DNA of 64,000 nt from Candidatus Parvarchaeum sp. (GTDB lineage: Archaea; Nanobdellota; Nanobdellia; Pacearchaeales; GW2011-AR1). The translations under genes were made by a program, and so were the position numbers. Below the pieces are notes generated by a model. It saw nothing but the letters and a program-made list of their open reading frames with translations. It ran no database searches and was not told the origin of the DNA. The stretch covers positions 28,864 to 92,863 of the forward strand of contig DYFY01000002.1 of the NCBI GenBank assembly GCA_020724955.1, written 5' to 3'. Below are positions 33,283 to 44,292 of the stretch, one piece after another (position 1 is the first letter of the stretch; each line of letters begins with the position of its first letter).

Positions 33283-35660
33283 ATTCAATGCCAAAACTAT
33301 CAGAAATAAAATCGTGGAATCCGGAAATAGAGAAGCAAATCACAGGCTCATGGAGAAACTCCAACAATTGGAAATTCAATCCAAACACAAAGAAAAAAAT
33401 ATATTCAATAGACACTCCTCCTCCATACGTTAACGCTCCAGTCCATATAGGGCATGCAATAACTTATTGCTATATGGATTTTTTCGCCAGATACAGGCGC
33501 CTAAAGGGGTTTGAAGTTCTTTTTCCCATTGGCCTTGACAGAAATGGCCTCCCAATAGAACTGGCAGCAGAAAAAAAGTTTAACATTTCTCCATTCAAGA
33601 TAAGCAGAGACGAATTCATAAATTATTGCAAAAAAATTCTGGAGCAGACATCTTCAGAATCCCTTGAAACATTTGCATCTCTCGGAATATCTTTTAACTC
33701 TTACAGGACAGGGAAAAACCTGGGAGATGTCTATTACACAGACTCTGAATCTTACCGGGCTTTGACACAAAGCACTTTCGCAACCCTGTTCAGAGCCGGC
33801 TTGATATATGAAGATAAAAGAATAAACAATTTTGACACAAAGCTTCAAACAACCGTTGCAGACTCTGAAATAGAATATAATGAAATTCCGACGACATTTA
33901 ATTTTGTAAAATGGAAGGTAAAAGAAACTGGTGAAACAATAATAATAGCAACAACCCGTCCAGAACTGATTTGCTCTGCAGGAGCAGTCATATTCAACCC
34001 AGAGGACGAAAGGTATCAGAATCTCAACGGAAAGACAGCCATTTCCCCTATCTATGGAAAAGAAATTCCAATAATGGAGCATCCTTTTGCTAAAAAAGAT
34101 AAAGGCACCGGAGCAGTAATGATGTGCGCAGGCGGGGATCTCACGGACAACCAATTCTTCAGAGAAAAAAATATTCCAGCAGTAATATCAATAAACAAAG
34201 AAGGCAGAATGAATGAAAATTCCGGCTTTCTCCAAGGATTAAAAGTCAAAGAAGCAAGAGAGCGCATTATCAAAGAGCTAAAATCTTTGGGGCTCTTGGA
34301 AAAGCAGGAAAAAATAATGCATAAAACTCCGGTATCAGAACGCTCCGGAGCAGAAATAGAATTTATTGAAATGCCGGAGTTTTACTTAAAACAAATTGAC
34401 TTCAAAAACGAGCTGATAAAAATTTCAAACTCTCTGTCTTTCTTCCCTGAAGAATCAAAAAACATTTTGTTGAACTGGATAGATTCCGTCTCAATAGACT
34501 GGCCTATCTCGCGTCGCAGATTCTATGCAACTCCGATTCCCCTCTGGCACTCAGAGCCAAGTGGGCTTATTGCACTTCCTGTGAAATACGGATATTATGA
34601 GCCCTGGAAAGAGCCGCCTCCGAAAGACTCTGAGGTTTTTCAAAACGGAAAATTCATCGGGAAATTAAAAGACTTTTCCAAAACAAAATGGAATGGCGAG
34701 ACCCGTGTTTTTGACACTTGGTTTGATTCATCAATTTCAGAGCTTAATCTGATAAATTATCCTTCAGAATTCTCCAAAAAAGCATTTCCTGTTTCTCTCC
34801 GTCCCCAGGGAAAAGAAATAATCAGGACCTGGCTTTATTACACTCTCCTGCGGGGATATCTGGAAACGACTAAGCCTGTATTCAAAGACATATGGATTCA
34901 TCAGCACATCTTGGATGAAAAAGGCAGAAAAATGTCAAAATCTCTCGGAAATACAATAAACCCGCAAGAGATAATAAAATCAGAAGGTTCAGAAGCCCTC
35001 CGTTTATGGGCTGCAACAGAAGGAGATTTATCAAAGTCAGACTTGTCATGCTCAAGAGAAAAAATAAAGGCTGAGCAAAAAACATTAAACAAGCTCCTAA
35101 ACATTGCCCGCTTCATCCTCCAGTTCAAAAAACCAAAGACAAAACCAAAAAATCTGGCAAAAACAGACAAGCTGTTTATAGATTGTATAGAAAGCCTGAC
35201 AGAGTTCTGCGATAAAAGCTATCAAGCCTATGACTTCTACAATCCTGCAGTAAAGCTAAGGCACTTTCTCTGGAACATTTTGGCATCCAACTATCTGGAA
35301 CTAATAAAAAACCGCGCCTACAACGAGCAAAATGCCTTTGCCAAACAAGAAAGCGCATCTGCTGTTTACACACTTTATTTTCTTCTGGAGCGTCTGACTT
35401 TTTTGCTGCATCCGATAATACCTCAACTAACCTCGATAATAGCTTCTGAATTAAAAATTTCTCTAAAAGAGCTCCCAAAAGCAAAAAGAATTTCCTCAAA
35501 TCTTTCTGAAATAGAAAAAATCATGCAGTTCAATTCAAAAATCTGGAAAAAAAAGAAGGAATCTGGCTTATCATTGCGCTCAGAAATCACAGGAATAAAA
35601 ATTCCAAAGAGCCTAAAGCCATATGAAAAAGACCTAAAAGCCTGCCACAATCTGAAGTAG
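33279..35660 (+). CDS. valS: Valyl-tRNA synthetase (class Ia)
   Basis: PPPYVNAPVHIGHA, ATTRPELI editing-domain motif, KMSKSLGN; the 793-aa length fits archaeal ValRS better than IleRS or LeuRS. Confidence 0.75.
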   Translation: MNSMPKLSEIKSWNPEIEKQITGSWRNSNNWKFNPNTKKKIYSIDTPPPYVNAPVHIGHAITYCYMDFFARYRRLKGFEVLFPIGLDRNGLPIELAAEKKFNISPFKISRDEFINYCKKILEQTSSESLETFASLGISFNSYRTGKNLGDVYYTDSESYRALTQSTFATLFRAGLIYEDKRINNFDTKLQTTVADSEIEYNEIPTTFNFVKWKVKETGETIIIATTRPELICSAGAVIFNPEDERYQNLNGKTAISPIYGKEIPIMEHPFAKKDKGTGAVMMCAGGDLTDNQFFREKNIPAVISINKEGRMNENSGFLQGLKVKEARERIIKELKSLGLLEKQEKIMHKTPVSERSGAEIEFIEMPEFYLKQIDFKNELIKISNSLSFFPEESKNILLNWIDSVSIDWPISRRRFYATPIPLWHSEPSGLIALPVKYGYYEPWKEPPPKDSEVFQNGKFIGKLKDFSKTKWNGETRVFDTWFDSSISELNLINYPSEFSKKAFPVSLRPQGKEIIRTWLYYTLLRGYLETTKPVFKDIWIHQHILDEKGRKMSKSLGNTINPQEIIKSEGSEALRLWAATEGDLSKSDLSCSREKIKAEQKTLNKLLNIARFILQFKKPKTKPKNLAKTDKLFIDCIESLTEFCDKSYQAYDFYNPAVKLRHFLWNILASNYLELIKNRAYNEQNAFAKQESASAVYTLYFLLERLTFLLHPIIPQLTSIIASELKISLKELPKAKRISSNLSEIEKIMQFNSKIWKKKKESGLSLRSEITGIKIPKSLKPYEKDLKACHNLK

Positions 35661-35730
35661 ATAGTTCTATATAACTTAAAGTATAACAAAATATAACCAG
35701 AAATATAACATCGAGCAAGAATTAAAGTCC

Positions 35731-35919
35731 TTGGCAAAAACCAGAAAAATTGGAGGATCATTAGTGATAACCATACCTAGAGAAATAGTTGAATTTGAAC
35801 AGCTTGATGAAAACCAGATTGTGGAAATAAAAATAAAGAAAAAAAGAAAAGATTACTTTGGAGCGCTCAAAGGAATTGGAGAATTCACAGAAAAAGACAA
35901 AATGGAAGACCGACGCTAA
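35731..35919 (+). CDS. AbrB/SpoVT-type antitoxin (VapB-like)
   Basis: RKIGGSLVITIPREIV swapped-hairpin motif; TTG start. Confidence 0.55.
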   Translation: MAKTRKIGGSLVITIPREIVEFEQLDENQIVEIKIKKKRKDYFGALKGIGEFTEKDKMEDRR

Positions 35920-36191
35920 ATGAAATATTTTTTAGATTCTTCGGCATGGATATCTTATCTTGAGGGTCAAGAAAGGGGAGTGAAAGTTCACAATGTACTA
36001 AGCAAAAACAATGAGATATTTATTATTTCAGTAAATATAGCTGAGGTAGTAAGCAAAGTCAAAAGAAAACTCTGAAAAACTTCTCTTTGGCAAATGCACT
36101 AATAATAAAATCAGCTCAATCCGTTTCAGCAAAAATCCTGACTTCAGATTCCCGCTTCAAGAAATTCAAAGAAGTAGAGTTTCTCGAATAG
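35920..36191 (+). pseudogene. Decayed PIN-domain (VapC) toxin gene
   Basis: MKYFLDSSAWISYLEG... stops after 51 codons; the C-terminal PIN part (..ALIIKSAQSVSAKILTSDSRFKKF) is in another frame and the middle is missing. Confidence 0.55.
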
Positions 36192-36243
36192 TCGGGCTTT
36201 TCCATACGCTAACTTTATTAATACTCGTCTTTTTTTCTATTAA

Positions 36244-37338
36244 ATGGATCAGCATCAAAAAACAAAACTTGAAGACTTAATAGCAGAGCTTGAGAACATC
36301 AGAGGACGCCATACAGAACTGGTGACTGTAATGATACCATCTGGATTCAACATAAATCAGGTTGTGAAACAACTGGAATCCGAAAAATCAACAGCCTCAA
36401 ACATAAAATCCAAGGCGACAAGATCTGCCGTCACAGAATCCCTTGAAAAAATAATCCGCGAACTAAAAACATTCAAGCAGACACCTCCAAACGGCCTGGC
36501 AGCATTTGCAGGAAACGTTTCTGAAAAAGAGGGAACTCAAGATATACAATTCTGGGCTGTGGAACCGCCGAAACCGCTGAAAGTAAGAATGTATCGTTGT
36601 GACCAAACATTTGTTTTAGAGCCATTAAAAGAAATGCTCCAAGTAGATGAAGTTTACGGCCTTCTAGCTATCGACAGACAAGAAGCTACTATCGGCTTGT
36701 TAGAAGGAAAAAAAATTGAGGTCATTCGAAAACTAACTTCAGGGGTTCCCGGAAAAGTGAGGGCTGGAGGCCAGAGCAGTCAAAGATTCCACAGAATAAC
36801 AGAAGGGTTGGCAAAAGAATTTTTCAGGCGTGTTGCAGAAGAGATGAAAGATATTTTTTTCGAAATGCCGAGATTGAAGGGCATTCTAGTCGGTGGACCA
36901 ATCCCTACCAAAGAAGAGTTCCTTGAGGAAGGGCATTTGGCAACCAAACTGAAAGAAAAAGTAATAGCTGTAAAAGACATAGGCTACGTAGATGAACACG
37001 GACTGAAACTTCTCGTTGAAGCCTCACAGGAAAATATAGCAGAACAGGAAATAATCAAAGAAAAAAAAATAGTTGAAAAGTTTTTTGATACTTTGGGAAA
37101 AAATCCTGACAAAGCGGTATATGGAGAGGAGAAAGTGATGCTGGCTCTTGAACGCGGTGCAGCAGACATCGTCTTGGTTTCAAAATCACTGGACAGAAAA
37201 AAAATAGACGAAGTAGAGAAAAAAGCAGAGGGCATTTCGGCAGAGATGATAATAATATCAATAGAAACTCCTGAAGGAGAGCAATTTTTTAACATGACAA
37301 AAGGTCTCGGAGCAATTCTAAGATTCGCCTTAGAATAA
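36244..37338 (+). CDS. prf1: Peptide chain release factor aRF1
   Basis: NIKS (TASNIKSK) and GGQ (AGGQSSQRF) motifs. Confidence 0.9.
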   Translation: MDQHQKTKLEDLIAELENIRGRHTELVTVMIPSGFNINQVVKQLESEKSTASNIKSKATRSAVTESLEKIIRELKTFKQTPPNGLAAFAGNVSEKEGTQDIQFWAVEPPKPLKVRMYRCDQTFVLEPLKEMLQVDEVYGLLAIDRQEATIGLLEGKKIEVIRKLTSGVPGKVRAGGQSSQRFHRITEGLAKEFFRRVAEEMKDIFFEMPRLKGILVGGPIPTKEEFLEEGHLATKLKEKVIAVKDIGYVDEHGLKLLVEASQENIAEQEIIKEKKIVEKFFDTLGKNPDKAVYGEEKVMLALERGAADIVLVSKSLDRKKIDEVEKKAEGISAEMIIISIETPEGEQFFNMTKGLGAILRFALE

Positions 37339-37498
37339 GAAACAAGGCAATTTTGCGCTTCCACATTGTAACAAACTGCTTGCAAAATCCACCGGCTTGT
37401 CAATTAAGTCAATTTATGGCTCCTTCGCTACCAACTCAGAAACTAACCAATCATGGCAAAACAACAATCCATATAAATCTCCCATATCTAGCTTTCCA

Positions 37499-39505
37499 AT
37501 GCAGCCCAAAAAACAGGATGAGTTAGTTCAAGAAGCAAAAAATTTCTTTGAAGCCAATAAAAAAGAGATAGGCAAATCTATAAGAGAAAGAGAAAACATA
37601 GTCCTCCTGCCATTTTCAAAGCTGTCTCAATTCTCTCCGATCCTTTCAGAAAAAACCATAGAAGCCCCCGAAGAAACTCTTGCATTGATAGAAAACGCCT
37701 TGGAAGAAATAGGTATAATAAAAAATCCGAGAATAAGGTTCACAGAGCTTCCCCAATCTGTCAGTATTCAGGTCAGAAACATACGTGCAAAACACATAAA
37801 CAACTTGATATGGATAGAGGGAATAGTGAGGCAGGCATCAGATGTCCGTCCTCAGGTTGTAAATGCGAGATTTGAGTGCCCTTCTTGCGGAGCGATCCTG
37901 TCAGTATTGCAGATTGACAAAAAATTCCGAGAGCCTGCGAGATGCTCTTGCGGAAGAAAGGGACAGTTTAACCTTCTCTCAAAAGAAATGGTGGACGCAC
38001 AAAGACTCGTGATAGAAGAAGCCCCTGATTCTCTTGATGGAGGAGAACAGCCAAGAAGAATAAGCGTCTTCCTGAAAGAAGATTTAGTTGAGCCAAAAAT
38101 GGAAGAGCGCACGACTCCCGGAAGCCGCGTCCGTATATTCGGAGTGCTGAAAGAAGTTCCGGTTCCGCTTCCTACAGGAATTTCTACTCGCTTTGACCTG
38201 GCAATCGAAGCCAACAACATAATTCCCCTTGAAGAAACATTTCAAGATTTGGAAATAAGCGAAGAGGATGAGAGGCAGATTACAGAGCTTGCCAACAGCC
38301 CGGAAGTCTATAAACGCCTTTCCAACAGCATCTCTCCGAGCGTCTATGGCTTTGAAAAAATAAAAGAAGCCCTCTTGCTTCAGCTATTTTCTGGCGTGAA
38401 AAAAATAAAATCCGACGGCGGAAAATCAAGAGGAAACATTCATGTTCTTCTCGTCGGAGATCCTGGAGTGGCAAAATCAGTGACACTGAAATTCATATCG
38501 ACAATCGCCCCAAAGGGGCGTTATGTTTCAGGAAAAGCCACAACAGGGGCAGGGCTGACAGCCTCAGTCATAAAAGACGAATTTTTAAAAGGATGGTCTT
38601 TAGAGGCAGGAGCGATGGTTCTAGCCAACAAAGGAACTGTTTGTATAGATGAAATTGAAAAAATGGACGAGCACGACAGAAGTACAATGCACGAGGCTAT
38701 GGAACAACAGACAGTTACAATTTCCAAAGCAAACGTTCAGGCCACTCTACGTTCAGAAACCTCAGTCCTTGCAGCAGGAAATCCTAAATTTGGAAGATTT
38801 GACCCATACTCGCCTATACCTCAGCAAATCAATATCTCTCCGGCACTGCTAAGCAGATTTGATGTTATTTTCATCCTGAGGGATATGCCTAACAAAGCGC
38901 AGGACGAAGCGATAGCATCCCATGTGTTAGACGAACACAAACAAGAAGTGATAAGAGATGTTGTAGATCCCAAACTTCTCAGGAAATACATAGCTTATGC
39001 TCAAAAGCTTTCTCCAAAATTGACAGAAGAAGCTGCCGAAGAAATAAAAAACTTTTATGTATCTCTTAGAAACCAGTCAATTTCCTCAGATTCAGACATA
39101 AAGCCAATACCAATAACTGCAAGACAGCTGGAAGCGATAATAAGGCTCTCAGAAGCTTGTGCAAGAGTGAGACTAAGCGACAAGGTGACTCCTGAAGATA
39201 CAAAAAGAGCAATAGACCTGCTGAAATACTCTCTTACCCAGGTAGGCTACGATGAAGAGACCAAATCCTTCGATATAGACAAAATAACTACTGGAATTTC
39301 AAGTTCAAAAAGAGGAAAAATAGTTTCGCTGAAAGACACGATATCTTCCCTTGAATCAAGATATGGTAAACTAATTCCCTTGGAAGACCTCCAAAAAGAA
39401 GTTGAAGATAAAATGACAGAAGCAGAGCTGGAAGAAGCCATAGACCAGCTCACGCGCTCTGGAGACATTTTCCGTCCCAAAAAAGGCTACATACAAAAGC
39501 TCTGA
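37499..39505 (+). CDS. mcm: MCM replicative helicase
   Basis: Zn finger CPSCG...CSCG, Walker A GDPGVAKS, Walker B CIDEIEKM, SRFD arginine finger; start assumed at ATG 37499 (track TTG at 37397). Confidence 0.9.
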   Translation: MQPKKQDELVQEAKNFFEANKKEIGKSIRERENIVLLPFSKLSQFSPILSEKTIEAPEETLALIENALEEIGIIKNPRIRFTELPQSVSIQVRNIRAKHINNLIWIEGIVRQASDVRPQVVNARFECPSCGAILSVLQIDKKFREPARCSCGRKGQFNLLSKEMVDAQRLVIEEAPDSLDGGEQPRRISVFLKEDLVEPKMEERTTPGSRVRIFGVLKEVPVPLPTGISTRFDLAIEANNIIPLEETFQDLEISEEDERQITELANSPEVYKRLSNSISPSVYGFEKIKEALLLQLFSGVKKIKSDGGKSRGNIHVLLVGDPGVAKSVTLKFISTIAPKGRYVSGKATTGAGLTASVIKDEFLKGWSLEAGAMVLANKGTVCIDEIEKMDEHDRSTMHEAMEQQTVTISKANVQATLRSETSVLAAGNPKFGRFDPYSPIPQQINISPALLSRFDVIFILRDMPNKAQDEAIASHVLDEHKQEVIRDVVDPKLLRKYIAYAQKLSPKLTEEAAEEIKNFYVSLRNQSISSDSDIKPIPITARQLEAIIRLSEACARVRLSDKVTPEDTKRAIDLLKYSLTQVGYDEETKSFDIDKITTGISSSKRGKIVSLKDTISSLESRYGKLIPLEDLQKEVEDKMTEAELEEAIDQLTRSGDIFRPKKGYIQKL

Positions 39506-39864
39506 TGGAATTTAAACAAACACAAAAAATAAAATCCTTGGCTTTGCAAGCCCGCGAAGACTTTGAAAATAAAAAAATAAATGATAAAACTTTAGCTAAA
39601 CTCTATAATTCTTACAATAAGTTAGATAATGTAAGTAAATTCATTTCTTCATCCAAAAAGCTGTTTCCGAAATTGAACTGCGGTCTTGCTTCAGTTTACC
39701 TAAAGCATAAACTAAAATCCGGAAGAATTATTCATGGATATTACAAAAACAACAAACACACTTTTCTTTCTCTGTCAAATAACTTTATTATAGATATAAC
39801 TGCTGACCAGTTTGGTGGTCCCAGAATATATCTAGGCCCTTTACAATCTCCCTGGAAGCTATGA
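39505..39864 (+). CDS. Hypothetical protein coupled to mcm
   Basis: 119-aa ORF; its ATG overlaps the mcm TGA. Confidence 0.4.
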   Translation: MEFKQTQKIKSLALQAREDFENKKINDKTLAKLYNSYNKLDNVSKFISSSKKLFPKLNCGLASVYLKHKLKSGRIIHGYYKNNKHTFLSLSNNFIIDITADQFGGPRIYLGPLQSPWKL

Positions 39865-40416
39865 TTTATTCTTATTCAAAACCATCAAAGGATACCCTCT
39901 TGCCTCAGCGGGTATTTTTTCCCAAACAACTCCCAGCTCATCCAAGATTAAATAACATCTATCTCTGATTTCCTCAATACTGCCAAGAACCTTCTTGGCT
40001 TCAACCTCAATAAAATATCCTAATTCTTCAATAAAGTCTATTGAAATCTCAAAGTCTTTATATTCAAAACTCTTTCTGTGTTTAGTCACGCTCACTTTTT
40101 CAGTCATATCCAGCTTTTTCAATATCTCAAGCATCATATCAGCATCATTAATCTCAACCTCATATTCATCATTTTTCAACATATCTTTATTTTCATCTAA
40201 ATACAAATATTTGTAATGTAGTCCTGCCTTTCCATCCTCAATTCTAACTCTTAAATACTCTACTGGAGGTTTTAAATCAAAAAAATCTTCATGTTTGGGA
40301 GTGAAATAAACATCTTTCTGCTCCCTGCTTTTAATAAATGTGGCAATTTCAAACAGCTTCTTCTCTACTTCTTCTGGGTTCTTAAGAACAACCTTTATCT
40401 CAACTTCCTCATTCAC
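39859..40416 (-). CDS. CYTH-domain protein (CyaB-like class IV cyclase / triphosphatase)
   Basis: EVEIKVVL N-terminal EXEXK motif, beta-barrel pattern; GTG start. Confidence 0.7.
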   Translation of the reverse strand: MNEEVEIKVVLKNPEEVEKKLFEIATFIKSREQKDVYFTPKHEDFFDLKPPVEYLRVRIEDGKAGLHYKYLYLDENKDMLKNDEYEVEINDADMMLEILKKLDMTEKVSVTKHRKSFEYKDFEISIDFIEELGYFIEVEAKKVLGSIEEIRDRCYLILDELGVVWEKIPAEARGYPLMVLNKNKS

Positions 40417-40466
40417 AGCACCTGAATCACAAAAATCCTTATAAAACCTCCCTTCCAGAAACTGAA

Positions 40467-41081
40467 ATGCCTGAGCAAGAATTCAAAAGGTATGTTGCCT
40501 ACAAAATGCTGATAAGTGATATTTTAGCAGGCAGAATAGTGTTTGACGCTGATAGATTCAAATTTCTTGAATTCCGGAACAAACAAATAATCCGTGTGAA
40601 TGTAATAGCAAACATAACAGACAAATACATACAAGATGATGAAAAAAAATTTGCATCTCTAACCCTTGATGACGGATCCGGACAAATAAAGCTCAAAGCT
40701 TTCGGAGAAGATATAGACAAATTCAAAAACTACACTCAGGGAGACACCGTTCAGGTTATCGGCCTTCTTCGTACATGGAATGACGAGATTTACATAACCC
40801 CTGAAATAATAAAAAAAAGGGAGCCTCCGTACCTTCTCCTAAGAAAGCTAGAGACCGATCTTGAAAAGCCAAAGATTCTTGAAAGATCAGAGCTTAGCCA
40901 GCTAAGAGAGCAAATTCTTGATTCTGTAAAAAAAGCAGAGGAATCCGGAGGCATAGAGATTGAAACAATGATTCTCCAGTTAAAACAGCCCCCACAGACA
41001 ATAAATTCAGAAATAAAAAAACTCCTGGAAGAAGGCATGGTTTACGAACCACGTCCAGGGAAATTAAGATATCTCGGATAG
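40467..41081 (+). CDS. OB-fold protein with a C-terminal winged helix (RPA32-like single-strand-binding candidate)
   Basis: V.ANITDKY....KKFASLTLDDGSGQIKLKAFGE OB pattern; C-terminal ...KLLEEGMVYEPRPGKLRY. Confidence 0.5.
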   Translation: MPEQEFKRYVAYKMLISDILAGRIVFDADRFKFLEFRNKQIIRVNVIANITDKYIQDDEKKFASLTLDDGSGQIKLKAFGEDIDKFKNYTQGDTVQVIGLLRTWNDEIYITPEIIKKREPPYLLLRKLETDLEKPKILERSELSQLREQILDSVKKAEESGGIEIETMILQLKQPPQTINSEIKKLLEEGMVYEPRPGKLRYLG

Positions 41082-41111
41082 TTTTTTAAACTCCCCGCTA
41101 GCTGAATTGTT

Positions 41112-41798
41112 ATGGCTAATAGAAACGCTTCAGTCTGGATTAAAAAAGCAAAAAAAGCAGGATTAGATGTTGATTTTCTGCATCAAGATAAGGGAGAAAT
41201 TTATAGGATGATGACTGAATTAAATCTTCCAATGACTCCAGTACATATTCTAAATCCCTCAGAATTAGATCTCGAAAAGTTGGAGAGAATATTTAAGAGG
41301 TCATGGTGTTTTTCCAGGTTAATACCAAGAGATGGAGGAATAAGACCTTATAAATTTCCAGTAAAATCCGTAAAAGAATTTCTGGGATTTATAGAAAAAT
41401 ACGATCTGGCTGGATATTCATCAGTGCATTTAGTAGAAAAGGGTGATGGAAAATTAACTCACACCGGTTGTATTATAGCAAGAGACGAGTCTCCAGGCAT
41501 TCCTGGCAGATGCTTGGTCGAATTAGTTGAAGGAAACGGAGAAGATTTGTTCCATGGATTGAAAACCCCGATAAGAGCCGATATTGACTGCCCCGGGATA
41601 AACTGGTTTAGAACAATAAAGTATAACAGAGAAGTGCCTGCTTCAGAAGAAGAAAGAAAGATAGTTCTTCTGGCGCTAAAATTTATTGGAGGACCTAAAC
41701 ACCCGTTTCCAGGGTATTGGGAATTCGACGTTATGGATAGAAAGAAAATAATGTTCAGAAACTATCAGGATCAAGAAACAGCATATGCTAAAATATAA
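41112..41798 (+). CDS. Hypothetical protein
   Basis: 228-aa ORF. Confidence 0.45.
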   Translation: MANRNASVWIKKAKKAGLDVDFLHQDKGEIYRMMTELNLPMTPVHILNPSELDLEKLERIFKRSWCFSRLIPRDGGIRPYKFPVKSVKEFLGFIEKYDLAGYSSVHLVEKGDGKLTHTGCIIARDESPGIPGRCLVELVEGNGEDLFHGLKTPIRADIDCPGINWFRTIKYNREVPASEEERKIVLLALKFIGGPKHPFPGYWEFDVMDRKKIMFRNYQDQETAYAKI

Positions 41799-41843
41799 CT
41801 CAGTAAAATAAATTTATTTAAAAGAAAGCACTTAAGAAGATAA

Positions 41844-42266
41844 ATGGAAGAGGTGTCAAAGCTTTTTGTAGCCACAAAGGCGTTTATTAAACATAATGGA
41901 AAAGTTTTAATCCTAAAAGAGTCTTCTAAATACAGTGAAGGCGCCAATATCGGAAAATACGATGTTGCCGGAGGAAGAGTTGAACCGGGACAACATTTTC
42001 AGGAGAGTTTAGCCAGAGAAATAAAAGAAGAAACAGGACTTAATGTAAAAATTGGCAAACCATTTCATGTAGGAGAATGGAGACCTTTTGTCAAAGGGGA
42101 AAAGTGGCAAATTGTAGGAACCTTTTTTGAATGTGAAGCAGAATCTAACCAAGTAAAGCTTGGACAAGACCATGAAGAATTTCTCTGGATAAATCCAGAA
42201 GATTACCACAAATATAATTTAATAGAAACCGTTAAGCCTGCCTTTGAATCCTATCTAAACAAATAA
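41844..42266 (+). CDS. NUDIX hydrolase
   Basis: Nudix box GGRVEPGQHFQESLAREIKEETGL. Confidence 0.85.
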   Translation: MEEVSKLFVATKAFIKHNGKVLILKESSKYSEGANIGKYDVAGGRVEPGQHFQESLAREIKEETGLNVKIGKPFHVGEWRPFVKGEKWQIVGTFFECEAESNQVKLGQDHEEFLWINPEDYHKYNLIETVKPAFESYLNK

Positions 42267-42268
42267 AC

Positions 42269-42847
42269 TTATTTCCTACCAATACCAATCCCGAAGAAAA
42301 AACCTTTCTTTTTCTGTCTATTCAAGCGGACAGCAATCCAAATCAAAGCCAGCAAAACTAAAAGTAATATCCCAAATCTTAACCCGTTCCCGAAATTTCT
42401 CCAATTCCAGACGGTTCCATAGAACACAGCCCAAAGCCCCGAAGCCAGCAATGCGCTTCCAACAGGCTCAGATTTCAGAACAAAAAATCCTGCGACAAAA
42501 GTCAAAATTCCTGCAATTAAAGAAATTACAAACACATTCCTTGAATATCCGTCCTGTGCCTCGTTATATTTAATGCTGCACTCATCGCAGTATCCTCCGG
42601 AAATGCATCCGCTGGAGTCATATTCATATCTGAATTCTCCCCCAATTTTGTAACATGCGTTCTGCACATCTTCAAAACCTGCCGGAAGAGTGCAATCAGC
42701 CTGGTCTTTAGCAATAGGAGTCCTGTAAATATAGTCACAATATTCATCATACTCAGGAGCAGGATAAAAGGCCTGAATTCCCTGCCATAATACAAGAGCA
42801 TAAACTATGAAAATTCCCAGACCTAAAATAAAATTCTTAAAATTCAT
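42269..42847 (-). CDS. Membrane protein with a Cys-rich extracytoplasmic loop
   Basis: TM, eight-Cys segment, then three TM. Confidence 0.45.
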   Translation of the reverse strand: MNFKNFILGLGIFIVYALVLWQGIQAFYPAPEYDEYCDYIYRTPIAKDQADCTLPAGFEDVQNACYKIGGEFRYEYDSSGCISGGYCDECSIKYNEAQDGYSRNVFVISLIAGILTFVAGFFVLKSEPVGSALLASGLWAVFYGTVWNWRNFGNGLRFGILLLVLLALIWIAVRLNRQKKKGFFFGIGIGRK

Positions 42848-43180
42848 TCAAAAGTCTAGTCGGCTATCTTTATAAATGCTTTTTATGATAGAATTTTATG
42901 CACTTTTCAAGAATATTAAAAAATCGGGTAAAGTCTGCAGAAATACAATCATAAACCTACAAACTGGAAATAGCTAAAAGATACTTTAATAGTTCTATGT
43001 GGTGTTTTTTGGAACAGCTTGTTCAAAAAATTAAACCTGTAAAGTAAAACCCTTTAATTGCATTCCTTTACGCTTATAGCAGACGGCATGCGAAAATGTT
43101 ATTAATTGAATTTATGTACAATTTGGAAGCCGACTTAACAAAACCCTCATCTTTAAAAACTCTGCGTCAATTATACAAAC

Positions 43181-43591
43181 ATGTCAGAATATGAAAAGCT
43201 TTTGGAAAGGGCATATAAAGAAATCAAAGTTGTAGAGGGCACGGGAGAAAGGTTTGAAATACCCAAAGTAAAAGGACAGGTTTCTGGAAAAAACACAATA
43301 ATTACAAACATGCAGGAAATTGCTGACAAAATAAGACGCCCAATTGAAAATATCGCAAAATTTTTAATGAAAGAACTCGCCGCCCCCGGAGTGCTTGAAA
43401 AAGACAGACTAATTTTAAAAACCAGGCTGAATTCAGCCAGAGTAAATGAAAAGCTGGAGCTTTACGTCAAGGAATTTGTGCTTTGCAATGAGTGCAAAAA
43501 ACCAGACACGGAAATTATAACAGAAAAAGGAATAAAGTTCAAACATTGCCTTGCCTGCGGTGCAAAGTCCCCGATTAAAAGAAAATTCTGA
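43181..43591 (+). CDS. eif2b: Translation initiation factor aIF2 beta
   Basis: Typical aIF2-beta core and C-terminal C..C...C..C zinc ribbon (CNECKKPDT...CLACGA). Confidence 0.9.
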   Translation: MSEYEKLLERAYKEIKVVEGTGERFEIPKVKGQVSGKNTIITNMQEIADKIRRPIENIAKFLMKELAAPGVLEKDRLILKTRLNSARVNEKLELYVKEFVLCNECKKPDTEIITEKGIKFKHCLACGAKSPIKRKF

Positions 43592-43768
43592 TTGCCTTCA
43601 AACACCAAGTCCTAAACGTCTTTCTGATTAACAAAATTTTAAAACTAGAAGCTTAGTATATAGTTACAAGGGGCATTTTCAGACACACTCTGCCCAAATT
43701 GAATAGTTTTCGCACACAGAAACCTTTATAACCACTTAAAACAAATAAAAATATACAGGAGGTTTTAA

Positions 43769-43912
43769 ATGGGAACACAAGGATATTGCGTCAAATGCAA
43801 GAAAAAAGTTGAAATCCAGAACCCTAAAGTGTCCACAACAAAACGTGGAACAAAGATTGCCAAGGGTAAATGCCCTAACTGTGGAACAACTGTTTGCAGA
43901 ATGGGTGGCTAG
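43769..43912 (+). CDS. 47-aa zinc-ribbon protein (below the ORF-track cut-off)
   Basis: Hand translation MGTQGYCVKCKKKVEIQNPKVSTTKRGTKIAKGKCPNCGTTVCRMGG; AGGAGG 7 nt upstream. Confidence 0.6.
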   Translation: MGTQGYCVKCKKKVEIQNPKVSTTKRGTKIAKGKCPNCGTTVCRMGG

Positions 43913-43941
43913 AGATAAAAAAAATTATTTTTATTTTGTAA

Positions 43942-44241
43942 ATGATATATGTGAAAATCCATAGATCTTATAGAAACGTCGTTGCTGTCTGCGACTCCGA
44001 TTTAATCGGAAAAAAATTTAAAGAAGGCATAAAACAGCTGGATCTGCGGGAGAGTTTCTACAAAGACAAAATTTTGGGAGAAGAAGAAGCAATTTCCTTA
44101 ATGCAGATTCAAAGCAAAGAAGACTCAACTTTTAACATCATCGGCCCAAAATCAATAAGTTGCGCAGTTGAAGCAGGCATAATATCAGAAAATTCTATCG
44201 GAAGAATAATGGGGATTCCATACGCGCTTGTTCTTCTATAA
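43942..44241 (+). CDS. DUF424-like small protein
   Basis: 99 aa; V.VCD.DL.GK.F.EG pattern; located between translation-factor genes. Confidence 0.5.
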   Translation: MIYVKIHRSYRNVVAVCDSDLIGKKFKEGIKQLDLRESFYKDKILGEEEAISLMQIQSKEDSTFNIIGPKSISCAVEAGIISENSIGRIMGIPYALVLL

Positions 44242-44292
44242 CCAAAATTCCTTCACAGAACCATTTAAAAACCCTCTTTTACAATTATTGGA

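Noticed and set aside
33654-37403. Long antisense or alternative-frame ORFs inside valS, aRF1 and other large genes (for example 33654-34154 and 36984-37403)
   Set aside because: They are embedded in strongly supported genes on the opposite strand, have low-complexity composition and show no motifs.
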